Source of the DNA: an uncultured Methanosarcinales archaeon
Lineage (GTDB): Archaea; Nanobdellota; Nanobdellia; Woesearchaeales; UBA12501
Assembly: GCA_964397315.1 (NCBI GenBank)
Contig: CAYNHV010000009.1
Coordinates: forward strand, 1 to 41,843
Direction: 5' to 3'
Length of the DNA stretch: 41,843 bases
The translations under genes were made by a program, and so were the position numbers. Below, one piece after another: positions 9,547 through 17,961 of the stretch. Each line of letters opens with the position of its first letter. The first letter of the stretch is position 1. Below the pieces are notes generated by a model. The model saw only the letters and a program-made list of their open reading frames with translations. It was not told where the DNA came from and did no database searches.

Positions 9547-9951
9547 CAAGCTGCTGACAATGCTCTCTCTCACCTTCTCTACCTCACCCTCATCATACTT
9601 TCCGCCCGGCCAGAGCTTCAGCCCGTCATCCCTGAACCTGGGGACAATGTGAAGGTGGGCGTGGAACACAACCTGTCCTGCAGCAGCCTTGTTGTTCATG
9701 CCAAGGTTAAATCCGTCAGCATTAACCCCTTTCATCACAGCAGGAGCCACCTTCTTCACAGCCCTGAACATGGCATCAACTGTCTCGTCAGGAGTCTCAA
9801 GAAGGTCATTGTAGTGCTCCTTCGGGATTATTAAGGTGTGGCCCTTGTTAACCGGCTGTATGTCAAGAAAGGCATACACCTTGTCATCCTCATAGAGCTT
9901 GCTGGATGGAATCTCTCCCTTTATTATCTTGCAGAATATGCAGTCATGCAT
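9541..9951 (-). CDS. hit: HIT family hydrolase
   Basis: CIFCKI and GQVVFHAHLHIVPR histidine triad. Confidence 0.95.
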   Translation of the reverse strand: MHDCIFCKIIKGEIPSSKLYEDDKVYAFLDIQPVNKGHTLIIPKEHYNDLLETPDETVDAMFRAVKKVAPAVMKGVNADGFNLGMNNKAAAGQVVFHAHLHIVPRFRDDGLKLWPGGKYDEGEVEKVRESIVSSLS

Positions 9952-10293
9952 TGTGTATCACCCTGCCTCAAAGGGAATGAATGATTATATAAAATTATTG
10001 TTTCTCCATGACCGCGGCATAATCTGGTATCTCTCCTGCGTGCCTCATTGCCTTTGATTCCAGTATGCTGCATCCTGCCACACCTGCGTCTCTTTTTACT
10101 CTTCAATCACAATCTATCTCAGGGAAACTGCAGGCTCTCTTCCAATATTTCTCATGCTTATCTTTCAGTCTCTTGTCTTTTCAGGACCCAATCCTTTTTT
10201 GAAAAGGCTCTCCTGCAGCGGCTTAAGAGTAAGTCATCTTCAGAACGCTCTATGGTATCTTCCTGTAAGCCCATCAAACAACCAACTGCCCCC

Positions 10294-10632
10294 TCAACAC
10301 ACAGCAGCCTGGAGAGGAACAGCTATTTTCGCAGGCATTTCATCAGAATCCCTCGCCTTTATGACAATGCTGACAATTATGCTGTCCGGCCTGACAACTG
10401 CATTGAAGCCGGCTTGTTCAATACTCTCAAGAGCATCCCTTCCAATGCCGAACTCCCTGAAAAACCTTGAAGCATTCATCACTTCAATCCCTCTCACTCT
10501 GCCTTTTGTGGACACGTCAAGCACAAGATCGCCTGCATCTATGTTGCTCTTGAATCTTTCATCTGATGAAAAACCCTTGTGCACTGCAAGAATGTCATTC
10601 TCCTTGTCATAGGATATGCGCTTTGCCATCAT
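10294..10632 (-). CDS. DUF2283-like antitoxin
   Basis: YDKENDIL...GDLVLD...VRGIEVMNAS; ATGA overlap. Confidence 0.8.
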   Translation of the reverse strand: MMAKRISYDKENDILAVHKGFSSDERFKSNIDAGDLVLDVSTKGRVRGIEVMNASRFFREFGIGRDALESIEQAGFNAVVRPDSIIVSIVIKARDSDEMPAKIAVPLQAAVC

Positions 10633-10964
10633 TTCCTCCTTGCCATGTTCTGCCATGACCTGTGCCTCACAATGTAGGTGATTATATATAAATTTTTCCT
10701 GCCCTCTTTATCAAATATTACAGGCAGTCTCATTGTCCTTGTGTTGCTCATCTTAAAGTGCAGGCAGTGTATTGTGCTCCCCCCTGACTTCTCCTGATAG
10801 GAATACACAAGATTCTCCGGATTCAGGAGATGCCTTGCAATCTCTTCGTGGCTGCCCTCTCTTACCGCAGTCTGGTTCCTTGCATGATTGCTGAAAGATA
10901 TGTCCTGCTTGTTGTATCTTCTTAATTTCTTTTTAAGGAGTTCAATATCATCATCCTTCATCAA
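10629..10964 (-). CDS. DUF4258-like toxin candidate
   Basis: FSNHA motif, C-terminal IITY; coupled to DUF2283-like gene. Confidence 0.6.
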   Translation of the reverse strand: MMKDDDIELLKKKLRRYNKQDISFSNHARNQTAVREGSHEEIARHLLNPENLVYSYQEKSGGSTIHCLHFKMSNTRTMRLPVIFDKEGRKNLYIITYIVRHRSWQNMARRK

Positions 10965-11021
10965 TGTATAGCCTGAAGAATTTTTTATATGTCTTTCTGA
11001 GAAAAAACCGGAAGGTTTCCG

Positions 11022-12233
11022 CTACTCAACATCCCCCTTAACAGCCTCACCAGGCATTGTTGCCTTTCCAGGCCATACCTTCCTTCCTGGGTAGATGATT
11101 GTCCTCACTCCCAGCTTTGCATTATCGCCTATTATTGTGCCGAACTTCGCAAGCCCTGTGTCAACAAGCTCCTCTTTCATGACACCCTCAATCTCCTTCT
11201 TCACAGAGCTTCTTATTATGCCCTTGTCATGCCTGAGATTTGCTGTCACTGTTCCCGCGCCCAGGTTAACATTCTCTCCTATGACTGAATCCCCGATGTA
11301 GGAGAGGTGCGGCACTGCAGAGTTGTCCATTATTATGCAGTTCTTTATCTCAACCTCATGACCTATCTTCACGTTATTGCCTATGGATGTTGAGGGCCTT
11401 ATGTAAGCGTTAGGGCCTATGGTGCAGTTCTCCCCTATGACCGCAGGCCCCTCAATGTATGAGTTGGACTTTACAACAGCGCCCTTCCCTATGACAACCT
11501 CGCCTTTTATTGTGACATTCTGCTCAATCTCTGCCTGAACATCCCTGCTGATCCTAGACAGCAGGAACTCGTTTGCTGCAAGAAGATCCCATGGATATGC
11601 TACCGGAAACCACTGCTTTGCCTCAATACATCTTACTTTCTCTGTCTTCATCAGCTCTGAAACAAAATCAGTTATCTCTATCTCCCCTCTTTCTGATCTC
11701 TCAGCCTTTAAATCAAAAACTTTTTTGTTTAACTTGTAACAGCCTATGTTTGCGGTGTCTGAAATATATTCTTTTGGTTTCTCAACAAGCTTTTCTGCAA
11801 AGCCTGACTTAACAACATAAACCCCGTAGTTTTCCGGCTCTTTCACTTTTTTTACCAGAACAGCATACTTCTCAGAAGCGGCCTTCCTTATGTCCTCAGA
11901 AAAGAAAAGGTCGTCTCCGTTCATGGCAACAAAATCAGAATCACCAACTGATTCTTTTGCAGAAAGAAGCGCGTGGCCTGTCCCTAGCTGCTCCTTCTGC
12001 TCTGCATAGCTCAGCTTCAGTCCGCCGAAAGAATTCCCGAACTCCTTTTTTATCATGTCAGCCTTGTATCCCACTATGATTATCACTTCATCAAACAGGC
12101 CTGTCTCCTTCAGCTGCTCAAGGTTGTGCTGAAGTATTGTCTTGTTTGCCGCTTTAAGCAGTGGCTTGGGCCTTGTGAGAGTAAGAGGATATGCCCTTGT
12201 GGACTTCCCTGCTGCAAGGATTACTGCTTTCAT
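11022..12233 (-). CDS. glmU: Bifunctional sugar-1-phosphate nucleotidylyltransferase/acetyltransferase (GlmU-like)
   Basis: ILAAGKSTR..PLT..RPKPLL, EQLGTGHA, hexapeptide repeats, HLSYIGDS. Confidence 0.9.
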   Translation of the reverse strand: MKAVILAAGKSTRAYPLTLTRPKPLLKAANKTILQHNLEQLKETGLFDEVIIIVGYKADMIKKEFGNSFGGLKLSYAEQKEQLGTGHALLSAKESVGDSDFVAMNGDDLFFSEDIRKAASEKYAVLVKKVKEPENYGVYVVKSGFAEKLVEKPKEYISDTANIGCYKLNKKVFDLKAERSERGEIEITDFVSELMKTEKVRCIEAKQWFPVAYPWDLLAANEFLLSRISRDVQAEIEQNVTIKGEVVIGKGAVVKSNSYIEGPAVIGENCTIGPNAYIRPSTSIGNNVKIGHEVEIKNCIIMDNSAVPHLSYIGDSVIGENVNLGAGTVTANLRHDKGIIRSSVKKEIEGVMKEELVDTGLAKFGTIIGDNAKLGVRTIIYPGRKVWPGKATMPGEAVKGDVE

Positions 12234-12345
12234 ACAGCATGAGTTATACCGAGCATATTTAAATGTTGTCAATGCCTGAGAAGAGAAAACTTTATATACA
12301 AGTTAATAACTATTAGTTATTAGTTGATAAACATAGGGTATTAAA

Positions 12346-12618
12346 ATGTCACAGACAGCACAAGCGATGAAGCACGCGCCGACCCTCAAAACCATCCTGA
12401 TGGTGGAAGAAACTCTGAAGAGCATGGAAGGCAGTGTCATGACAATAGCTGAGCTAAAGAGAAAGCTGCCAAGGCAGGTGAACCACAACACGCTAAAGGC
12501 AGTGCTTGAGTATCTGGAGAACAGCAACAAGATTTACATGAGCATAAAAGGCATTACATGGCTTGAAAATCCAGGCCCGAAGATGAAGAGGCTTATCTCA
12601 GAAGCAACAAGAATCTGA
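12346..12618 (+). CDS. Small wHTH antitoxin-like protein
   Basis: PTLKTILMVE...ELKRKLPRQV.H.TL..VLEYLE; palindrome TAATAACT-ATT-AGTTATTA upstream. Confidence 0.7.
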   Translation: MSQTAQAMKHAPTLKTILMVEETLKSMEGSVMTIAELKRKLPRQVNHNTLKAVLEYLENSNKIYMSIKGITWLENPGPKMKRLISEATRI

Positions 12619-12678
12619 CGGAAATCATCCGGAATTTCTGCCGCAAGGCTTATAAAAAACAATCAGTGAAAAATCCTG

Positions 12679-13032
12679 ATGAAAAACAGGATTGAAGTGA
12701 GCCTGTCTCCTGAAGCAAAGCAAACATGCAATTTTCTTAATGAGAAAGCAAGGACATCAAAAAGCAGCAGAATGATCCTGGATGCAATAAATAATAAGCT
12801 TGAACTGATAAAGGCTGATTCTCATTATGGAAATCCTGTTGCAAAGAAGCTTATTCCAAGAGAATATATCATGAAACACGGCATCTCAAACTTATTCAGG
12901 GTTGAGCTTCCCCTGTTCTGGAGGATGCTCTACACATTGACTAAAGAAGATGACATACAGGTGATTGCCATTGTCATGGACATATGCTGCCATCAGGACT
13001 ACAACAGGAAGTTCGGCTACAGGAACAGGTGA
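12679..13032 (+). CDS. RelE/ParE-fold toxin-like protein
   Basis: NLFRVELP..WRMLYTL...H.DY...FGY. Confidence 0.7.
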   Translation: MKNRIEVSLSPEAKQTCNFLNEKARTSKSSRMILDAINNKLELIKADSHYGNPVAKKLIPREYIMKHGISNLFRVELPLFWRMLYTLTKEDDIQVIAIVMDICCHQDYNRKFGYRNR

Positions 13033-13722
13033 TCAGGCTCTTATACCGCATACATCTGAGAGAACACAACCACTACATTCAGGCCTGCTCCTGCAGTGCC
13101 TCTTGGCGTGCTCAACAATAAGCGCATGGTACTCCCTGAAGATTTCAACTCTCTTCTTTTCCTTGATACGGCCAAGCTCTTTCATGAAGAGCTCCTGTAT
13201 CCCGTCGTATGATGAATTCTTGCCAAGCAGGCCGAGCCTTGAGAAGATCCTCCTTGTGTATGCGTCAACAACAAAATAAGGCCTGCCAAAGGCATACAGC
13301 AGTATGGAGTCTGCTGTCTCAGGGCCTATCCCTTTCACAGAAAGAAGCTCCTCTCGGGAAGGGATTGTTTTATCATCAAAATGCCTGGAAAAATATCCTG
13401 CAAGCAGCTTCAGCCGCTCTGCCTTCTGGTTGAAGTAGCCCGCGGGCCTGACAAGCTCTGCAATTTTGGAGACAGGCGCCTTTCTAATCCTCTCAATCCT
13501 TATCAGCTTCTGCCTGTTAAGGTTCTCAATGACCCTCTCAACATTCTGCCATGAAGTGTTCTGGGTCAGAACTGCTCCAACTATTATCTCCCATCTGTCA
13601 TGGTCTGTCTGGGGCTGGCCATTGTGATGCCTTGTCTTCAGCCTTCCTTTTGATAATGGCCACCAGCCCTGCGGGCCGTAGGATTTGTGCAGTAGCTTAT
13701 AGACTTGATTAACCATGCTCAT
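13033..13722 (-). CDS. HhH-GPD endonuclease III-related DNA glycosylase
   Basis: GPQGWWP, AVLTQNTSW, GIGPETADSILLY, VVDAYT, C-terminal Cys cluster. Confidence 0.93.
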   Translation of the reverse strand: MSMVNQVYKLLHKSYGPQGWWPLSKGRLKTRHHNGQPQTDHDRWEIIVGAVLTQNTSWQNVERVIENLNRQKLIRIERIRKAPVSKIAELVRPAGYFNQKAERLKLLAGYFSRHFDDKTIPSREELLSVKGIGPETADSILLYAFGRPYFVVDAYTRRIFSRLGLLGKNSSYDGIQELFMKELGRIKEKKRVEIFREYHALIVEHAKRHCRSRPECSGCVLSDVCGIRA

Positions 13723-13787
13723 CTTCCGGCTCTTATCAGTTTTTTCATTATTGCTTCGCTTTCTTTCTTTTGTTTTTCATCCAACAT
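13719..13787 (-). pseudogene. Truncated partner (HEPN-like N-terminus) of MNT
   Basis: MLDEKQKKESEAIMKKLIRAGR* overlapping the MNT stop. Confidence 0.5.
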
Positions 13788-14394
13788 AGTATCGTCTCCT
13801 CAGGCGCAGGAATGATTCCGCGCCCCTCAGGATTATGTGTTTTTTCAATAATTCATTCCCTATATTGAATTTTAATGGTGTGCTCCACATCTCTAAAAGC
13901 CCTTCCTCTGTTGTTATGTGTATGTCCGCCTTTGGGATGTTAATCGCGCTCTTAACACTCTTTTCAAACTTTCCATAATCATAATCTCCAGGTATGACAA
14001 ACAACAGGTCAATGTCCGAATCTTTCTTTGCAGTTTCTCCTGCGTAAGAGCCGAATAGAACACAGATGAACTGGTTATAGCCTGCCCTGTCCAGCTCATC
14101 GTCCAGCACTCCGATTACTTCATGCCTGTCAATCTTGTCTCTCCTGCGCTCTAATTCAGTTATTAAGTATTCTTCTTTGAACGACTCAAAATCAAGAGTG
14201 ATGAATGAACTCCTGCCTTTTTTTGTTTTCTTGACAAGGCCTCTCCCTGACAGAGATTGTACTGACCTGTGCACCTGGGGGTACGGCAGTTCCAGAGCTT
14301 TGGACAGACCTCTGATGGTGTACTCTTTAGTTAAATCCCCAAAAAGCGTCTTCAATATCCCCAACTCTGTCCCAGGAATCATATATAACACCAA
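13777..14394 (-). CDS. wHTH plus MNT antitoxin
   Basis: LFGSYA...SDIDLL; paralog of 4202-4801. Confidence 0.85.
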   Translation of the reverse strand: MVLYMIPGTELGILKTLFGDLTKEYTIRGLSKALELPYPQVHRSVQSLSGRGLVKKTKKGRSSFITLDFESFKEEYLITELERRRDKIDRHEVIGVLDDELDRAGYNQFICVLFGSYAGETAKKDSDIDLLFVIPGDYDYGKFEKSVKSAINIPKADIHITTEEGLLEMWSTPLKFNIGNELLKKHIILRGAESFLRLRRRYYVG

Positions 14395-14424
14395 AGATAT
14401 AATATTATATGTCTTAAGTTATAT

Positions 14425-14508
14425 TTAAATTTTTGGTTTTGCTGGCCACCAGCCCTGCGGGCCGTAGGATTTGTGCAGAGCCCCATAGACCTTAACTGCC
14501 TTGTTCAT
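14425..14508 (-). pseudogene. Duplicated 5' fragment of the endonuclease III-like gene
   Basis: MNKAVKVYGALHKSYGPQGWWPAKPKI* versus MSMVNQVYKLLHKSYGPQGWWP. Confidence 0.8.
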
Positions 14509-14540
14509 GATATATGTAAGAAACAGATTGAATATAAATA

Positions 14541-14921
14541 TTACTGCACCAGAACAGCATTAACACTTCCTTCCTGGCCGGGCCTTGAGGTTATCCTTGC
14601 CCTGCCCTTCTCAGTCTCTATGATGGTGCCCTTGGTGAGTATGTTCCTCCTCACGTAATGCCTGTTGGCCGGGTTCTCCACAATGTTCTTTATCCTGGCC
14701 TTTATGAGCTTGCCTGTCTTCTTGTCAAGGACATTGGCTGTCTCCTCATTCAGGAGCCTGGACTTTATCCTGCCGCCCCTCGCCCTTGTGTAATGGACCT
14801 TTCTCTTTCCAAGGGAGGAGAGAGTGGGCAGGCTGCCTTTCTCATGCAGCCTCTTGCTCCTGTAAGCGTGCTTTTTCTTGCCTGTGGCCTTTCTCCTTGA
14901 TCTTCCCTGTGTGATTGGCAT
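14541..14921 (-). CDS. rps8e: 30S ribosomal protein S8e
   Basis: SRRKATG, RARGG, NPANRHYVRRNILTKG, TSRPGQEG. Confidence 0.97.
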   Translation of the reverse strand: MPITQGRSRRKATGKKKHAYRSKRLHEKGSLPTLSSLGKRKVHYTRARGGRIKSRLLNEETANVLDKKTGKLIKARIKNIVENPANRHYVRRNILTKGTIIETEKGRARITSRPGQEGSVNAVLVQ

Positions 14922-15049
14922 GAGAGAGCGGGAGAAGGAGCCTCTTTAAAAGGTTTGCGGTAGGAGGAGAGGGGTGTTTTCTGCAGCATCCGTTCCTCCA
15001 GAGTTTGCTTATAGTATTAGCATCCTGTAAAGATCATAAACCCTCAGGT

Positions 15050-15800
15050 GTTTCACTTCTCCCTGTTCAGAGTTATGTTCAGGCCGGCCAGGGAGGTAAT
15101 GTAAAACTGATAATTTTTCCAGAGTTTACCGCCGCCCTCTTTAGAGTTACAACCGCTTTGTCCCGCCTAAAAATAATCCCGACTCGCAAGCTTAAATATA
15201 ATTCCGACTGAAGTCGAAATTATAAGACTTGCCTAAGCTTCGCTTAGTCAAGCGTCTGGGATTACTGAAAATACAAAGTATTTTCAGGCCTGCAAAACTT
15301 TGTTTTGCAGTATTAGAATTGCCAAACTTTGTTTGGCAATCTCCTCCCCCACACACAACCTGAGAGCACCAACTCCATAAGCCCCAAGCGCACCCAAGCA
15401 AATTTATGGGCAGGGCTTATTAGAGGCAGGAGCTGGGAGTTGTGCTTTTCCAGAAGGTGCGAGCTTGTGAGGTGGTTCTGCAGTAAGGGTGGGAAGTACT
15501 ATGATTAAAAGCCTCCCCTAAATATTTTGGTTAATCCAGACTTAACCACCGCCCCAGCCGCAGTTACATATGGATAAAGCCCTCCCGCCACCCCCCCACA
15601 TATGCTAATTGCACAAACACCAACCAGAGCGCACCTGAGCAAATTACTGGGCAGGGCTTATTAGAGGCAGGAGCTGGGAGCTGTGCAGACTTAGAAGAAA
15701 GTAACCTGCTGTTTGGTTGTGGAAAGGGGGAGGGAAGTACCTGGAGCTATCAGCATTAACCCAAAATCACAGGGAAGAATCCTGAGCTGCCAATACCAGG
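15050..15800 (+). repeat. Repeat family R, locus 2 (two cores, first interrupted by a hairpin block)
   Basis: GGGCTTATTAGAGGCAGGAGCTGGGAG at 15413 and 15654; linker TAATCCAGACTTAACCACCGCCC as at locus 1. Confidence 0.85.
15170..15340. repeat. Array of short perfect hairpins
   Basis: CTGAAAATAC-aaa-GTATTTTCAG, CTGCAAAAC-ttt-GTTTTGCAG, ATTGCCAAAC-ttt-GTTTGGCAAT, CTAAGC-ttc-GCTTAG. Confidence 0.85.
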
Positions 15801-15891
15801 AACACGTCCTCATAAGGCTTCCAAATACAAAAATTTATAAATGGCCTGGTTTTCCAAAGCTGTATATTTGTTTTTTGAGGGGTGTTAGAAA

Positions 15892-16122
15892 ATGACTGAA
15901 GCATCAAGACCATTGGACGCGTTGAATGAAGCAAGGAACAAGAGAGTTATAGTTGACCTTAAGAACGGCAAGCAGTATGTCGGAAAGCTGAGGGCTTTTG
16001 ACATTCACATCAACATAGTTCTTGAGGATGCAGAGGAGAGGGTTGACGGAGAAGTAAAGAAAAAGATGGGGTCCCTGTTCCTTAGAGGCGACGCAATAAC
16101 AATCATATCTCCTGAAGCCTGA
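15892..16122 (+). CDS. Sm-like archaeal protein (Lsm/SmAP1)
   Basis: RPLDAL, GKLRAFDIHINIVL, LRGD; adjacent to rpl37e. Confidence 0.95.
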   Translation: MTEASRPLDALNEARNKRVIVDLKNGKQYVGKLRAFDIHINIVLEDAEERVDGEVKKKMGSLFLRGDAITIISPEA

Positions 16123-16150
16123 GCAGGCTGTGGGCAGGAAGGTGTATTGA

Positions 16151-16315
16151 ATGACAAAAGGAACTCCATCAATGGGAAGGAAGTCCGGCAAGAAGACCCA
16201 CATCTACTGCAGGAGATGCGGGAAGCACACCTACCACAAGACAAAGAAGGAGTGCAGCTCCTGCGGCTACGGAAAGTCCGCCAAAAAGAGAGCCTTTTCC
16301 TGGCAGAAGAAGTGA
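16151..16315 (+). CDS. rpl37e: 50S ribosomal protein L37e (missing from the ORF track)
   Basis: Translated by hand: [54 protein letters not shown]. Confidence 0.97.
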   Translation: MTKGTPSMGRKSGKKTHIYCRRCGKHTYHKTKKECSSCGYGKSAKKRAFSWQKK

Positions 16316-16441
16316 GATGTGCAGGAAGTTATTATCTACTTGAAAATCCAGAGTAGAAATATTTTGTTCTTACGAAGGTTCCGGAAGCATTGCGAAAATA
16401 AAAAGAAAAATTTATAAACGAGAATCCATCCTCTCATAAGG

Positions 16442-16705
16442 ATGGAAACCAGCGATAAGATAAGAGTTGTTTTTTCCAGAGAGAATGTGGCAGACATGCT
16501 GAGCTTCTTTGACAAAGCTATTGACAAGAAAGGATACATAGTATACAAGAAAACCGGGGAGGCAGTCTTGTCAAATGAGCTTGAACCCATTAAAGCTGAA
16601 GAGTTAGGCTGCATACTGCCCGGCTCTGAGGTTTTCATAAAAGCCGAGTCTGCCGGCCTTGCAAAATATTTTGAAGAGACCCTGATTGAGCAAGATGGAC
16701 ATTAA
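16442..16705 (+). CDS. Hypothetical protein
   Basis: 87-aa ORF with upstream TTTATAAA; followed by degraded coding-like sequence to ~16955. Confidence 0.6.
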   Translation: METSDKIRVVFSRENVADMLSFFDKAIDKKGYIVYKKTGEAVLSNELEPIKAEELGCILPGSEVFIKAESAGLAKYFEETLIEQDGH

Positions 16706-17001
16706 GAGATTCTTATGAGCTTATTATCATTGTAAGCCGCTCAAAAACAGAGCAGAACATCCTTTATGAGATAAACACAAAGCTGGTTAAATATAACGCC
16801 CCATTTGTGGAGATTCACAGTCTGGGGGGGAGAACATAATCAAAAGCGACAATGCAGTCAGTAAGTTAGGTAAAGAGTTTATCATAGACAAGAGAGAAAG
16901 CAGGATAGGGGAGCTTATATGGAAGACATATACTCCAAGGCTAAAAAAGACTAAAAAGCAAAAATCTTTATAAACCAGGGCTTTTTCTTTAATCTTCAGA
17001 T

Positions 17002-17166
17002 GCGGAGGTGCCGGAGCGGTCAAACGGGACAGATGGCCTGACCAGGATCAAGGCGAGTCCAAGCTTAGGTTGACCATAGGCGGAAGGGTGTGATGAGCCT
17101 TTTGGCTGTGATTTTAAGACACCTGTTGGCTTAGTGCCTTCTGGGGTTCAAATCCCTGCCTCCGCA
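17002..17166 (+). tRNA. tRNA-Leu(TAG) with introns 17033-17062 (30/31) and 17070-17120 (37/38)
   Basis: Acceptor GCGGAGG/CCTCCGC-A, D stem CCG/CGG, spliced anticodon stem ACAGG/CCTGT with loop CT-TAG-GA, long variable arm, TTCAAAT loop; both introns have BHB-type 4-bp helices. Confidence 0.9.
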
Positions 17167-17498
17167 TTAATTCTTCCATTTCAGAGACAGTGTTTGGNNN
17201 NNNNNNNNNNNNNNNNNNNNNNNNNNNNNNNNNNNNNNNNNNNNNNNNNNNNNNNNNNNNNNNNNNNNNNNNNNNNNNNNNNNNNNNNNNNNNNNNNTTG
17301 CGCAGCAAACGTCCCACTTAGCGTTGCGTGTCAACTGAGCGTAACCAGTTGCGGGGGTTCAAATCCCTGCCTCCGCATTAATTCTTCCATTTCAGAGACA
17401 GTGTTTGGTCGTGGGACTTTGCGCAGCAAACGTCCCACTTAGCGTTGCGTGTCAACTGAGCGTAACCAGTTGCAGGGGTTCAAATCCCTGCCTCCGCA
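17143..17498 (+). repeat. 121-bp tandem repeat carrying the tRNA 3' end (spans an assembly gap)
   Basis: GGGGTTCAAATCCCTGCCTCCGCA three times; period 121 between last two copies; N gap 17198-17297. Confidence 0.85.
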
Positions 17499-17669
17499 TT
17501 TAATTTCTTTTTTAGCGTCTCTAAGTATAATAAGAGGTTATAAAAGCTTTATAAGCTTATAGGACATCTAAAAAACCTTAATGCGCTTTTTGGACTATTA
17601 TAATTGGATTCCTGCTCTTTAAGGCCTCCAAAAGTATTTATATAGTCCCTCATATGATAGTACCTTGAT

Positions 17670-17797
17670 GGCTAAGAGAGATAATAATATCATGGGCGAT
17701 GAGTGGGAAACGCGGGTAAAGCATAACATGAGGACAGAGTATTTCCCATTAGAGAGTGATGAAGTCGCAGAAAGCCAGAAATTGTCTCTCTCAAGCC
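17670..17797 (+). ncRNA. Candidate small structured RNA upstream of the S-layer gene
   Basis: AGAGAGATAAT/ATTGTCTCTCT terminal stem, inner TGGGAAA/TTTCCCA, TATA-like TATTTATATA about 25 nt upstream. Confidence 0.35.
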
Positions 17798-17961
17798 TAG
17801 AGAGCCTCTCAGGGCTATTGAGAGGCGCTTCAGAAGGCAAAAAATTTATAAATAGGCGGTTTTTTCATACCCTTGCCTATATTCTTAGGCAAGATAACCT
17901 ATTGCCGAAAGAAGTAACCTATTGCGAAGTAGCCAACCTAAAACATGGAGGTGTGTAGGCT

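Larger units (their letters stand above)
13657..14478 (-). mobile_element. Putative integrated MNT(-HEPN) micro-cassette bounded by 36-bp direct repeats
   Basis: TGGCCACCAGCCCTGCGGGCCGTAGGATTTGTGCAG identical at 13657-13692 and 14443-14478. Confidence 0.6.

Noticed and set aside
9960..10290. Possible degraded gene between HIT and the DUF2283-like gene
   Set aside because: No continuous frame or recognisable motif
17112..17119. tRNA-Leu(TAA) using TTTAAGA as the anticodon loop
   Set aside because: Gives no proper 5-bp stem; TAAG is the BHB helix partner of CTTA
17665..17958. 97-aa ORF upstream of the S-layer gene
   Set aside because: Runs through the S-layer TATA box and leader, with no recognisable motif; not fully excluded
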